From a virus (Duplodnaviria > Caudoviricetes), in IMG/VR virus record IMGVR_UViG_3300031804_000500, positions 1-53,507 of that record: DNA of 53,507 bases, one strand, 5' to 3'. The notes below the pieces were generated by a model. That model did not search any database, was not told the DNA's origin, and was given only the letters and a program-made list of their open reading frames with translations. Both the position numbers and the translations under genes were made by a program. How positions within the stretch are numbered: position 1 is the stretch's first letter; every line of letters begins with the position of its first letter. Of the stretch, positions 1-9,035 are shown piece after piece.

Positions 1-72
1 TAACTCCGTACGAATCCTATATGCCCCAATGGCTCTAATAGATGCAGAATCTGTAAAAAGTATACCATGCAT
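1..72 (-). CDS. 5' part of a gene running off the window edge; N-terminus resembles phage cobalamin-binding-domain radical SAM proteins
   Basis: Not in the ORF track. ATG at 72, 2 nt after the stop at 75, reads MHGILFTDSASIRAIGAYRIRTEL. The R-x-x-GAYRI-x-T-x-L start is recalled from B12-binding radical SAM families; only 24 codons are visible. Confidence 0.45.
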   Translation of the reverse strand, partial: MHGILFTDSASIRAIGAYRIRTEL

Positions 73-74
73 TT

Positions 75-692
75 TTAAATACCGTATTTATTTTTAACAA
101 GTTGTCTAAAATCTTTATTAAGTTTTGCATCAACCCTTACAGAGTATGTAAAATCTATAGAAGAATCGACTCCGTGATAATCACTTACATCAATCCAATT
201 AATTTTACCTTCAAAATATTCTTTTGTATTAGTATCGGGATTGTACATATATAAACGTTTCTTGTTTCCAAAACTAATGTTTAATAATCTATCATAATCA
301 GGAACTTCTTGTTCACTAATAAACTGATTATCAATATGTGTTGTAACTTCTTTGTTAGCATCAATGGACATTATAATTGCTCTACCTAATCCCTCTATAG
401 GAAGATTGTTTATAAACTTAACTAGTTTGGGAAATAAACGTAAAGCCATTGCATTCCAACTGCGCGGCTTATAATAATCTACATCACCATATACTGTGTC
501 ATCTACTAATACCCATGCATTCCATTCTTTGTTTTTTTCATCAACAAGGTCGAGTTGTCCTTCTGAATTTTTACCAACATAAACAGGCTTTACTTTTCGA
601 ATTACTTTGTTAATTTCGATAGCAACTTCATTAAACATTTCATCTGAATAATTCAATAGACTATCTAAACTAATTGGTTTACTATTTTTCAT
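75..692 (-). CDS. Putative 2OG-Fe(II) dioxygenase (double-stranded beta-helix fold, Asp/Asn beta-hydroxylase-like)
   Basis: HxD...H triad (THID...YHGVD) followed by an Arg strand (YSVRVD). Start moved to ATG 692, which forms an ATGA overlap with the upstream stop. Confidence 0.65.
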   Translation of the reverse strand: MKNSKPISLDSLLNYSDEMFNEVAIEINKVIRKVKPVYVGKNSEGQLDLVDEKNKEWNAWVLVDDTVYGDVDYYKPRSWNAMALRLFPKLVKFINNLPIEGLGRAIIMSIDANKEVTTHIDNQFISEQEVPDYDRLLNISFGNKKRLYMYNPDTNTKEYFEGKINWIDVSDYHGVDSSIDFTYSVRVDAKLNKDFRQLVKNKYGI

Positions 693-1414
693 TCTGGAAA
701 CTCTGCTTTTGCCATACGCCATGTGCCATCTGTATTTTTTTCTCTACCGCTCCATTTGTCCATTGTGTATGTATGTTCTGAATGGGTGCGTTTTCTATTT
801 GCAACTATATCAGGGTCTTGTGGATCTATCCATCGTTCTGGAGTATCACTTGCGGCATTTTTCCACAAATCTAATCCTCGTTTTCGTAAAGCATTGGGTG
901 CTAAAAGTTCAAATCTTTCTCCTGTAGACGGCTCTATGGTATGTAAATATTTACTACCGTTAAGATACCATACTGTGCCATTGTCGGCGTAGATATAAGA
1001 TTCTATACCTTCGTCTTGTATTTTTACTCTAGCATTTCCTTTTATTGTAATATGAAACTGGCCATCAAAATATGTTTTATCTTTATGCCATACACAAACC
1101 TTTTCACTACTATCAATGGTATGGGCAAGATAAACATATCCTAAATAATATTCTTTATCAGGATATGTTGCACAAAATGTTTCTGAAAAATTATCTAATG
1201 TTTCGACAAATTTTTTAACGATAGGAAGTTCTGAATCAGTATAAAATCTATACGTATGATAGTTACGAAAAAACTTACCACTATTATTAGCCTTTTCAAA
1301 TATAGGACAAGTATTAATAATTTGATAACATTGATCTAAACACCAATCAACATTAAATTTATCAATGTTTATATATGGTGATTCAATTTTCAAAATGTTC
1401 TTTCCATTCTTCAT
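689..1414 (-). CDS. Putative 2OG-Fe(II) dioxygenase
   Basis: WHKD...FHITI...LHTI...ERFEL matches the HxD...H...R pattern. Start uncertain (1414, or TTG at 1393). Confidence 0.6.
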   Translation of the reverse strand: MKNGKNILKIESPYINIDKFNVDWCLDQCYQIINTCPIFEKANNSGKFFRNYHTYRFYTDSELPIVKKFVETLDNFSETFCATYPDKEYYLGYVYLAHTIDSSEKVCVWHKDKTYFDGQFHITIKGNARVKIQDEGIESYIYADNGTVWYLNGSKYLHTIEPSTGERFELLAPNALRKRGLDLWKNAASDTPERWIDPQDPDIVANRKRTHSEHTYTMDKWSGREKNTDGTWRMAKAEFPE

Positions 1415-2009
1415 GTGTCATACTATCTAAATCAAATGTATAATTATTATTTAATGTGCATAATGTTACATTTTGCCAACAAGTTTTTTCTAGATGTGAT
1501 CCAATATACTTTCCTTGTTTGTTATGTTTATTACATACAAAATACATATCTGGAAGTAGTGTAAATGTACCATTAAGTCTTTCAGTAAATCGGTTTAAAC
1601 TTTTCCAGCGTCGAGGAAATTCTGTAGTAACAAATATAGCATCTAATTCAATTTGTTTAGCAAATGAAATTTGTAAGGGAGTAAAAATATCACTCCATAA
1701 GTGTTGCATATTATCTGTACTAGAATTATATCCTAAACCTTTACGTCTATACATTGGATTTTTATATGTACGTTGTAATGCTCTACCTATATTTCCCCAT
1801 CGTTTACTATATAATCCACTAAATGCAATAAGGGTATTTTGTTCTATTAGAACATGAAAACAATCATATTCTGAAACTTCATCTAACAATGTTTTATAAT
1901 TTTTAATATTATATAGTTTTTGGTCCGATAATGATTGTAGTTCTTTTTCTATAATGTTTAATATTAATGGATCCGGATTGTTGACAATGTCTTCAATAAC
2001 CATATTCAT
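1383..2009 (-). CDS. GNAT-family acyltransferase
   Basis: Acetyl-CoA binding motif A (YKNPMYRRKGLG) after a LIAFSG beta strand. Confidence 0.65.
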   Translation of the reverse strand: MNMVIEDIVNNPDPLILNIIEKELQSLSDQKLYNIKNYKTLLDEVSEYDCFHVLIEQNTLIAFSGLYSKRWGNIGRALQRTYKNPMYRRKGLGYNSSTDNMQHLWSDIFTPLQISFAKQIELDAIFVTTEFPRRWKSLNRFTERLNGTFTLLPDMYFVCNKHNKQGKYIGSHLEKTCWQNVTLCTLNNNYTFDLDSMTHEEWKEHFEN

Positions 2010-2862
2010 TTAATTTTACATCCTCAAAAAATGGAGCACATTTCCAATCTTTAGTTATTCGACCTCGGTATTCATTTTCAGAATCAACTACACCGTCTTC
2101 GTCCACTTTCCAATCTATAAATCTGATCAATATATTTTTATATTCATATACAATACTAGATCCACTATTTTTTATTGGTTGGTTAGTTTTTTTAATATCA
2201 AATTTTTGTTTAAATTTTTCTACCAATTCTTCAATAGTATATGAATGATCTTTTCCCATATTACGGCCTATTTGACCTACACTTTTAAAACGTAATATAG
2301 GTTTAACTTTTGGTTTATAGTTTGTTTCTTCCATTATACTAAAAAACAAATTGATTTGATCATCTATTGTATGTTCATTAACACCTTTTGCAATAATAGT
2401 TCCGGTATTAATAATCATATTTTCTGCCATACAATTACGAAGTGCTCTTACTTTTAAAGTTGCATATTTTCCACTATCGATAATTTTATAAACATCATCA
2501 TCTGCGGCTCCATTCATGGAAATTAAAACAAGTCGTAAACTAGCAGCTTTTAATGCTTGAACATATTCAAGTCTACCCAATTTTAAACCATTGGTGGTTA
2601 GACTACAGTTGTGCCCATACTTTTTTACATTTTTAATAATGTCACAAAGGTCATCTCTCATTGTTGGTTCTGCACCAATGAGTCTTATATATGTTCTTTT
2701 GGGAAGTTTTTCCAAAAACGCATATAATTTTGATATATCCATATCAGGTATTTCGCGATTTGGAATATAGCAGTTTGCACACTCCATATTACATCGATGC
2801 GTTATATCTGCTACCAAAACATCAAAAATACTATCTTCTGGTTCTAATGTAATATATTTCAC
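1993..2862 (-). CDS. Radical SAM enzyme (MoaA-like core, no C-terminal auxiliary Cys cluster)
   Basis: CNMECANC (CX3CX2C), LIGAEPTMR, LTTNG and ISMNG motifs; GTG start. Confidence 0.85.
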   Translation of the reverse strand: MKYITLEPEDSIFDVLVADITHRCNMECANCYIPNREIPDMDISKLYAFLEKLPKRTYIRLIGAEPTMRDDLCDIIKNVKKYGHNCSLTTNGLKLGRLEYVQALKAASLRLVLISMNGAADDDVYKIIDSGKYATLKVRALRNCMAENMIINTGTIIAKGVNEHTIDDQINLFFSIMEETNYKPKVKPILRFKSVGQIGRNMGKDHSYTIEELVEKFKQKFDIKKTNQPIKNSGSSIVYEYKNILIRFIDWKVDEDGVVDSENEYRGRITKDWKCAPFFEDVKLNEYGY

Positions 2863-2890
2863 TGTTATCGACTAATCGATATGATAAATT

Positions 2891-3184
2891 TTAAAGTTCT
2901 GTATAATTAAATTGTGCTTTAAAAGATGAAATTGCGGCATCATGATTCAGTTTATATGCTTCATGTGCAGCTTGATCTACCCAAACTTTATTTAATATTA
3001 CAGATCGTCCATCAGCTGACAAAGTAAGCGACTCTGATAATAAGTTACCAGATGTTAATTGTGCGGCATTGCTTGTCGAATATGCAGTTTGTTGAGGATG
3101 ATCAGCTACCCATTCGTTTGAAGATGCATATACTTTTGTAGGAAATGCCACTGATGTTAATCTATAACTTTTAGAAAATGCCAT
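2891..3184 (-). CDS. Small Ser/Ala-rich protein heading the tailoring-enzyme cassette
   Basis: 97 aa, GGGAG Shine-Dalgarno, TAAATA late-promoter motif upstream. Confidence 0.7.
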   Translation of the reverse strand: MAFSKSYRLTSVAFPTKVYASSNEWVADHPQQTAYSTSNAAQLTSGNLLSESLTLSADGRSVILNKVWVDQAAHEAYKLNHDAAISSFKAQFNYTEL

Positions 3185-3220
3185 TTTATTTTTCTCCCAT
3201 GTTAAACATGTGTTTAATAT

Positions 3221-3228
3221 TATTTATC
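3221..3228 (-). promoter_or_regulatory. T4-type late promoter motif (GATAAATA)
   Basis: Matches the TAAATA motif that recurs upstream of many genes in the window; the T4 late consensus is TATAAATA. Confidence 0.6.
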
Positions 3229-3236
3229 TCTATTAT

Positions 3237-3434
3237 TTAGTGTTTCTTAACTACCATTAGTTCTTCATACCCTAAAAAATTACCTATTAATATTTCGTGA
3301 TCTGTAATAACAGTTTCACCACATCCCCAATTAAACAATAGTGCTATAGTGAAACCTATAACTATACCTACACACTTTGCTATTATTAATTCTGATGTTG
3401 TAAATTGATATTTAAGTTTGGGTAATCCTTTCAT
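3237..3434 (-). CDS. Small membrane protein
   Basis: One hydrophobic segment; ATGA overlap with the thyA stop. Confidence 0.55.
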   Translation of the reverse strand: MKGLPKLKYQFTTSELIIAKCVGIVIGFTIALLFNWGCGETVITDHEILIGNFLGYEELMVVKKH

Positions 3435-4321
3435 ACTGCCATCTCCGCCTTAATGCTTGGCATGGGATCATAATCCGCTAACACAAAATCTGTTATATTA
3501 TAGTTGTCCCACTTCTTTCCAACCGATATAAACAGTTCGGGTAATTCTTTTGGTGTGCGAGTTAATTGCTCTGTAACTGCCTCCATATGGTTATTGTATA
3601 TATGACAGTCACCACCTGTCCATATAAAGTCTCCTATATACAAATCACATTCGCGAGCAATGATTTGTGTAAGTAGACTGTAACTTGCTATGTTAAACGG
3701 TACGCCAAGGAACATATCACACGATCGTTGGTATAATTGACAACTTAATTCCATATTTTTATTAACGTTAAATTGGAACATCATGTGGCATGGTGGCAGG
3801 GCCATTTTATCTAGTTCTGCAGGATTCCATGCTGTAACAATATGCCTACGGCTAAAAGGATCCTCTTTTAAACCACATATTACGTCGGTTATTTGATCTT
3901 TGTATAGGAATACGCTACGAGGGTGGGGGCCTGTGGGCGTCTGTGCTCCGTGCTCGCCTACGTGGCGCCATGACCGCCACTGTATACCGTACACCCTACC
4001 TAGATCGCCAGTAGTGAGCGATCTAGAGGCCCAGTACGGCGCATTTAAGTTGGCAGTCCATATAGTATTAACATTATCGTCGCGTGTACCATGGGTTATT
4101 TCTGCTAATCTACGCTCATTTCCTGAGCCTTCTAGCATCCATAGCAATTCCCCTACAACAGCATTCCATGCCAACTTTTTGGTAGTAACAGCAGGAAATC
4201 CTTCACGTAAATTAAACCGCATTTGATATCCAAATACACTCTTTGTACCTACGCCTGTGCGGTCGTCTTTGTCGTCGCCGTTATCTAATATATGCTGTAA
4301 TGCATCTAGGTATTGTTTCAT
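3431..4321 (-). CDS. thyA: Thymidylate synthase
   Basis: DRTGVGT, LPPCH catalytic Cys, YQRSCD, VPFNIASY (Asn, consistent with dUMP specificity), C-terminal MAV. Start moved to MKQYL at 4321. Confidence 0.97.
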   Translation of the reverse strand: MKQYLDALQHILDNGDDKDDRTGVGTKSVFGYQMRFNLREGFPAVTTKKLAWNAVVGELLWMLEGSGNERRLAEITHGTRDDNVNTIWTANLNAPYWASRSLTTGDLGRVYGIQWRSWRHVGEHGAQTPTGPHPRSVFLYKDQITDVICGLKEDPFSRRHIVTAWNPAELDKMALPPCHMMFQFNVNKNMELSCQLYQRSCDMFLGVPFNIASYSLLTQIIARECDLYIGDFIWTGGDCHIYNNHMEAVTEQLTRTPKELPELFISVGKKWDNYNITDFVLADYDPMPSIKAEMAV

Positions 4322-4323
4322 AA

Positions 4324-4560
4324 TTAACCACCTTCTATCATTGGCATAATACAAACCTTTTCATCTTCTTTAATTACTCTAGACCAATCACCAGCATACA
4401 TTGTGTGGTTTAATGCTACCATAGCAGTGCCCCATTTACCACAGGGATATTTTTCTTCCATCACATTAAGCAATTTTCTAATAGTGTGGGGGCGAGATTC
4501 TAAAGTAATTTCACTACTGCCTGCTATATGCCGCCACTCACCCATTAATAATACTTTCAT
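4324..4560 (-). CDS. MoaD/ThiS-family ubiquitin-like (beta-grasp) protein
   Basis: 78 aa, VALNH...IKEDEKVCIMPMIEGG, ending in a free Gly-Gly. Confidence 0.8.
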   Translation of the reverse strand: MKVLLMGEWRHIAGSSEITLESRPHTIRKLLNVMEEKYPCGKWGTAMVALNHTMYAGDWSRVIKEDEKVCIMPMIEGG

Positions 4561-5114
4561 TTTGGATTACTTAATATTTGATATGTTTCTTCGTCATGTA
4601 CTTCCTCCCATTTAACTGGCCATGCATTTAATTCATTGAGTGGTAGGAATGTATCGCAGTCATATGTTCCTGCTATCCTTGTTAAATAAAACTCTTCTAC
4701 CATATTTAATGTTTGTTCGATAATAGAACCTCCGCCTATTATCCAAAGAATTCTATTAGAATATTGTTTTTCTAATTCTTTAATAGACCGTTCTAAACGA
4801 TCTACAATAATATGTTGAGCGGCAGAAAATAACATAGTCTTAGGTCGAGCATGTTTAGAACTACTCCATTGGCTTCTACCCAAGTTACTTTTGTGTGCAG
4901 TTGCGCCTACAGATTTACTAACAACAACATTCTTTCTATCAAGTAATGGCATGTATTCACAGCCGTCTTCCCATGTTTTCCTGCCCATTACAACAACCTG
5001 TTCAATAGTGTTTTGTTTAAACCATTTCATGTCGCGACTGTTGTGAGGCCACGGTAGAACACCAGCACGACTTATACCACCCTCATCGTCGCAAGCCATT
5101 ATAGCTTTAATCAT
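4557..5114 (-). CDS. folA: Dihydrofolate reductase
   Basis: LPWP, DMKWFK, VVMGRKTW, IIGGG, CDTF motifs; carries an insertion of about 20 aa after NVVVS. Confidence 0.93.
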   Translation of the reverse strand: MIKAIMACDDEGGISRAGVLPWPHNSRDMKWFKQNTIEQVVVMGRKTWEDGCEYMPLLDRKNVVVSKSVGATAHKSNLGRSQWSSSKHARPKTMLFSAAQHIIVDRLERSIKELEKQYSNRILWIIGGGSIIEQTLNMVEEFYLTRIAGTYDCDTFLPLNELNAWPVKWEEVHDEETYQILSNPK

Positions 5115-5776
5115 TTCTTTTTTAGTATTAAACTTAATACAGGAATTTTATTATTTTGGTGCTCGTACGACCAGATGTCCTCTTTGATGATTTCGATATT
5201 TAATTCCTTTATAGTTTCTAAAATTTTATTATGATCTACATGAGTAAAGCATTTTGCTAGATCAGGTTCTCTATATTTTCCTAATTTATTAAACCTAATA
5301 AAAAATAATCCTTCAGGTTTTAATACTCTATGCAGTTCGTTTACATATCGTATTATGGTGTCGGTATCACAATGAATAAAAACAGAGCATGCCAAAGCTT
5401 TATCAATTGAATTATTGTCTAAAAATTTTAAAGGTTTTTCTTGATAATTTAAATTCCAATGAAAGGATATATTATTACAATCTTGACAATTTACTTGAGT
5501 CATTAAAAGTAAACTTTTATTAACATCACAGCAAAATAAACGTCTAACTGTTTTCGAAAGAAGTTTACTAACATCTCCTATACCCGATCCTATTTCTAAT
5601 ACACTATCATTGTTTTCTAAATTTAATATACTACAAGCCACGGCAACTTTTTCTATTATCAACCTAAAGTACTCTTCGGAATTAATGCCTTTTTCACCGG
5701 CTACTGCACGTCGGCCTTCTACTATTGTATCATATTGATAATGATAATAACGATCATATTCATATTCATATTTCAT
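5111..5776 (-). CDS. Class I SAM-dependent methyltransferase
   Basis: VLEIGSGIG motif I, CDVN, SVFIH, LHRVLKPEG. Confidence 0.88.
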   Translation of the reverse strand: MKYEYEYDRYYHYQYDTIVEGRRAVAGEKGINSEEYFRLIIEKVAVACSILNLENNDSVLEIGSGIGDVSKLLSKTVRRLFCCDVNKSLLLMTQVNCQDCNNISFHWNLNYQEKPLKFLDNNSIDKALACSVFIHCDTDTIIRYVNELHRVLKPEGLFFIRFNKLGKYREPDLAKCFTHVDHNKILETIKELNIEIIKEDIWSYEHQNNKIPVLSLILKKK

Positions 5777-5781
5777 GATTA

Positions 5782-6081
5782 TTATTCTTTAAAATGCTTA
5801 CCTAATACACTGTTGACGTATTGCATTACATTGTTTTTGAGTTTATCACTATCCATTACTATTTCAATATCATCAACAATAGGCCCTATAGCCTCTAGTC
5901 GTGGATCATCGAAAAGATTATCAGTATCAGTAATATTCTTTAATTCGGCAGGGATAATTTTAAGTTTGCGGCCATCAGTAAGATGCAATACAATCCAATG
6001 AATATATTCTATTGGTATATTGTCAAATTGAATATCTTCTAAAATATTATTAAAAGACTTATCTTTTTTGTATATTGCCAT
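5782..6081 (-). CDS. Hypothetical protein
   Basis: Fits the gene tiling; TAAATA motif upstream. Confidence 0.6.
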   Translation of the reverse strand: MAIYKKDKSFNNILEDIQFDNIPIEYIHWIVLHLTDGRKLKIIPAELKNITDTDNLFDDPRLEAIGPIVDDIEIVMDSDKLKNNVMQYVNSVLGKHFKE

Positions 6082-6114
6082 TTCATAAATGCTTTACTGT
6101 ATTTATTTTAGCAT

Positions 6115-6738
6115 TTATGAAGTCTTTTTTGGTCGACCGCGTTTTGGTTTTAAATTAGGATCGTAGTCATATGCTTCATCTCGAAGACGTTTTGCTTCTT
6201 CTTCTAATGATGTTGCTTGTGTTAACCGTTGTGCGGCTATATCAGAATCCGATAATGCAGTTTCGCCTGCCGAGGTAGCACTAGCAGGAGCATGATCTCC
6301 AGGTTGTACAGCATATGTATCAACTGCTGAAGGTCCTGGTTTTTCTGTGGATGCTTGTTGATCTAATCCACCCCAATCAATGTCCTTAAGATCTACATTT
6401 AATTCGTCTAGTTTGATAACCATATCTCTCCTAGGTGTCATTAAAATCTTATCTGTTGGATGTTTATGGAGCAGCTTCTTTCTATGTAATGCTTCAAGCA
6501 TAGGTATTCCATCTGAAAATCGTTGCCTTTGTAGCCATGGAAATAAATCTGGGCCAGATTGTGCGTTTACACTTTCTATTGCACTCATTAACTCGTCATG
6601 ATAACGATCGGATAATGCATCACTAAAAACAATTAATGCATTCTCTAGTTCGTCTGGTAATTGACGAAATACTACTACAATACGAGATCCTGTACTATCA
6701 ACTCGTCCTACATGCCTTATAAAATCGGGCGGTGCCAT
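6115..6738 (-). CDS. Hypothetical phage protein with a basic C-terminal KRGRPKK tail
   Basis: 207 aa, coupled to the upstream ORF (TAATG); AT-hook-like GRP tail. Confidence 0.7.
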   Translation of the reverse strand: MAPPDFIRHVGRVDSTGSRIVVVFRQLPDELENALIVFSDALSDRYHDELMSAIESVNAQSGPDLFPWLQRQRFSDGIPMLEALHRKKLLHKHPTDKILMTPRRDMVIKLDELNVDLKDIDWGGLDQQASTEKPGPSAVDTYAVQPGDHAPASATSAGETALSDSDIAAQRLTQATSLEEEAKRLRDEAYDYDPNLKPKRGRPKKTS

Positions 6739-6980
6739 TATTCTTCACCTCCTGCTTCTCCGGCATCACTTTCTTTTAAAGTTTCTGCGGCTGGAGCAGC
6801 TTCTTTTTCTGCTTCACTCACTGATTCTAAGAACGCAGTGGTTTTTTCATAAACACTACCTACAACCTTTAATTCGTTAGCACGAAATGCACCTCTCTGA
6901 GTTGCTGTATCGATAATGTTTACAATAGTTTGTAAATCTGCTATAGTCAGATTTTCGTTTGTTGTTGCTTCTTCAGTCAT
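6738..6980 (-). CDS. Hypothetical acidic phage protein
   Basis: AGGAGG Shine-Dalgarno and a sigma70-like promoter upstream. Confidence 0.75.
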   Translation of the reverse strand: MTEEATTNENLTIADLQTIVNIIDTATQRGAFRANELKVVGSVYEKTTAFLESVSEAEKEAAPAAETLKESDAGEAGGEE

Positions 6981-7011
6981 GATATGACCTCCTAATATAC
7001 GTATAGTTATT

Positions 7012-7041
7012 ATTATAATACGAACTTTACGGTATTGTCAA
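7012..7041 (-). promoter_or_regulatory. Sigma70-type promoter
   Basis: TTGACA-N18-TATAAT. Confidence 0.7.
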
Positions 7042-7054
7042 CCTTTTTTTTTAT

Positions 7055-7083
7055 AAAAAAAATGAGCCCATTGCAGGCTCATT
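7055..7083 (-). terminator. Intrinsic terminator
   Basis: AATGAGCC/GGCTCATT stem followed by a T tract on the minus strand. Confidence 0.75.
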
Positions 7084-7108
7084 CAATCTTATTATTATTG
7101 TTATGTTA

Positions 7109-7261
7109 TTAGAATAGTTTTGATATTAATCCAACTACAAACACGGTGGGTATGAAAATAATAAAGGCCCAAGCAATTATACATAAAACAAATTCAACAA
7201 GTGAAAATGCTCCATTGAATAATGCAAACGTATATGGATATGTGTCTTTAAAATCTTTCAT
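7109..7261 (-). CDS. Small membrane protein (50 aa)
   Basis: Not in the ORF track. MKDFKDTYPYTFALFNGAFSLVEFVLCIIAWAFIIFIPTVFVVGLISKLF fills the gap between two hairpins. Confidence 0.5.
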   Translation of the reverse strand: MKDFKDTYPYTFALFNGAFSLVEFVLCIIAWAFIIFIPTVFVVGLISKLF

Positions 7262-7274
7262 ATTAGTTACCTAA

Positions 7275-7293
7275 GGGGGACACAAGGTCCCCC
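7275..7293 (-). terminator. GC-rich hairpin after the HTH gene (possible terminator or RNA stabiliser)
   Basis: GGGGGAC/GTCCCCC 7-bp stem with only a weak T tract. Confidence 0.45.
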
Positions 7294-7309
7294 ACTCGGT
7301 AATTTCTGC

Positions 7310-7570
7310 TTACGCAGAACCTTCGGCAAGCGCCTTGTAGCCAGCGGCTACAACACGTCTGGAAGGAGTACCCAATCGATACTTCTTAGTCATACGACCT
7401 TTGGTATCTTTGTGGGTATTAAGGTACACAGAGTGACCCTTAAAGCGCAGGTTCTGGATCACGGCACCTACGTTAGGGACATCCCAACGAGCACTGATCT
7501 GCGCTGAAGTCATTTCCTGACCTTCTTGTAGTGCTGTAAGCACCTTATCGGTTTTTGTGGCAGTAGCCAT
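7310..7570 (-). CDS. Small winged-HTH-like DNA-binding protein
   Basis: MTSAQISARW...VIQNLRFKG helix pattern plus a basic wing; AGGAG Shine-Dalgarno. Confidence 0.6.
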   Translation of the reverse strand: MATATKTDKVLTALQEGQEMTSAQISARWDVPNVGAVIQNLRFKGHSVYLNTHKDTKGRMTKKYRLGTPSRRVVAAGYKALAEGSA

Positions 7571-7634
7571 ATAAAACTCCTATTATTAAACTGGAAAGAG
7601 TCCAGTAACCCTTTTCGCATCTTGCGAAAACCTT

Positions 7635-9035
7635 TTAAGCACCACGTGCATGTTCCTCATAATGAGCAGTAACACCAAATGGCGCTTTAAATTTCTTGTC
7701 TGGATAGCCATGGATTAGAAACAGTGTATCACAGTAATGTTCTTCTCCCCATTTACCCCAGGGGTAGCCATCTGTAAATATAATCAACTGTTTTGGTTCA
7801 ATACCTTCCGCTCTCATAAACTCCCAATTCTTCATGAACTCTGTTCCGCCACCCCCGTTTACTTTATAGTTGCGGATGTCTTTACCGTCTTCATGAGTGA
7901 ATATTTCATATCCTAATACTTTAGTATCAAACTGCCATATATGGATGTTATAAGCATCGTACTGATTCATTATACCATCTACTTCAGTGAGCATTTCTCT
8001 AACCATATTGTCTGAAATACTACTACTAGCATCAATACCTATTGCAACATCTAATTTTTCACCGTCTCTAATACCTGGTAAAATAGCATCTATGTGCCAT
8101 GCTTTACGGTTTGGACGCATAAATGAATAGTCACTTTTTAAAGAACTTTCAATTTGCACATGGAGTAGATCTTTCCAGTCCATCTTAGGTCTAGTTAGAT
8201 CATTTATCATCCTATTAATATCAGTGGGCAAATTGTCTGCACCAGCGGCCTGTGCCGCCTGAAGTACAGCATCCTTTAATTCATCTTTAATCTGTTTCCT
8301 TTCTTCTTTAGTAAAGTTTGGTCTGCCTGGTCTTTTGTCATCACCATTTTCTTTGCCTTCACCTTCACCATCTTCACCATCACCATTTTCGTTTAGGTGC
8401 TCATCAAGTATTTTATCTACTAATTTATCTAAATCGATCTTAGGAACATTAGCAAGGACATCATCATAGATTTCAAAACTAGACATGCCTCTGTATTTGT
8501 AGTCGAGCAATATTTCAACTAACGTAATTACTTTACCAATACCCTGTTCATCTAGGGTCATATTGATATTATAATCTGTTGCAATGTTCCATATAATACT
8601 ATTTCTATCTCCCTTTACATCTGGATCCATGTGTTCATAGATACAATGGAGGAGTTCATGACCAACTAGAAATACAAGTTCGTCATCATCTAATAACTTA
8701 ATAAATTCCTGATTGTAGTACAGACAACGACCATCTGTAGCGGCTGTAGGACACCAGTTACTCGCTTCTACTACTTTAAGTCTTGTAGCAAGATTGCCCC
8801 AAAACGGGTGCTTCATGAGCATCCTAACTCTAGCGAGTGTAATCCTTTCTCTCTGTTCCTTATCAAACACGAACGGAACATCTGGAAGGTTAAGAGCCTT
8901 TTTAATATCGGCGTTTTCCTTCTCTAGGAGAAGACGGAGCGGGGAGTAAACCTCCCCGTCCCTATCCTCGAGCAGGGAACTATAAGAGTTAGGCTTTCTG
9001 GATGAGTTTCCCATAACGCTCAAAGAATTCTCCAA
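7635..9035 (-). CDS. VWA-domain-associated metallopeptidase (DUF2201-like); start codon unresolved
   Basis: TAATDG, HELLH zincin motif, WNIATDYNIN, C-terminal IDASSS/GGGT/FTDG MIDAS-like motifs. Confidence 0.85.
   Translation of the reverse strand: MENSLSVMGNSSRKPNSYSSLLEDRDGEVYSPLRLLLEKENADIKKALNLPDVPFVFDKEQRERITLARVRMLMKHPFWGNLATRLKVVEASNWCPTAATDGRCLYYNQEFIKLLDDDELVFLVGHELLHCIYEHMDPDVKGDRNSIIWNIATDYNINMTLDEQGIGKVITLVEILLDYKYRGMSSFEIYDDVLANVPKIDLDKLVDKILDEHLNENGDGEDGEGEGKENGDDKRPGRPNFTKEERKQIKDELKDAVLQAAQAAGADNLPTDINRMINDLTRPKMDWKDLLHVQIESSLKSDYSFMRPNRKAWHIDAILPGIRDGEKLDVAIGIDASSSISDNMVREMLTEVDGIMNQYDAYNIHIWQFDTKVLGYEIFTHEDGKDIRNYKVNGGGGTEFMKNWEFMRAEGIEPKQLIIFTDGYPWGKWGEEHYCDTLFLIHGYPDKKFKAPFGVTAHYEEHARGA

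Noticed and set aside
3431-4321. thyA as a dCMP/dUMP hydroxymethylase for pyrimidine modification
   Set aside because: It keeps canonical ThyA motifs, including the Asn of PFNIASY, and is linked to DHFR.
1993-4560. Molybdenum cofactor pathway (MoaA plus MoaD)
   Set aside because: The radical SAM protein lacks the C-terminal Cys cluster and Gly-Gly end of MoaA, no moaC or moaE is present, and the two genes appear to be in different transcription units.
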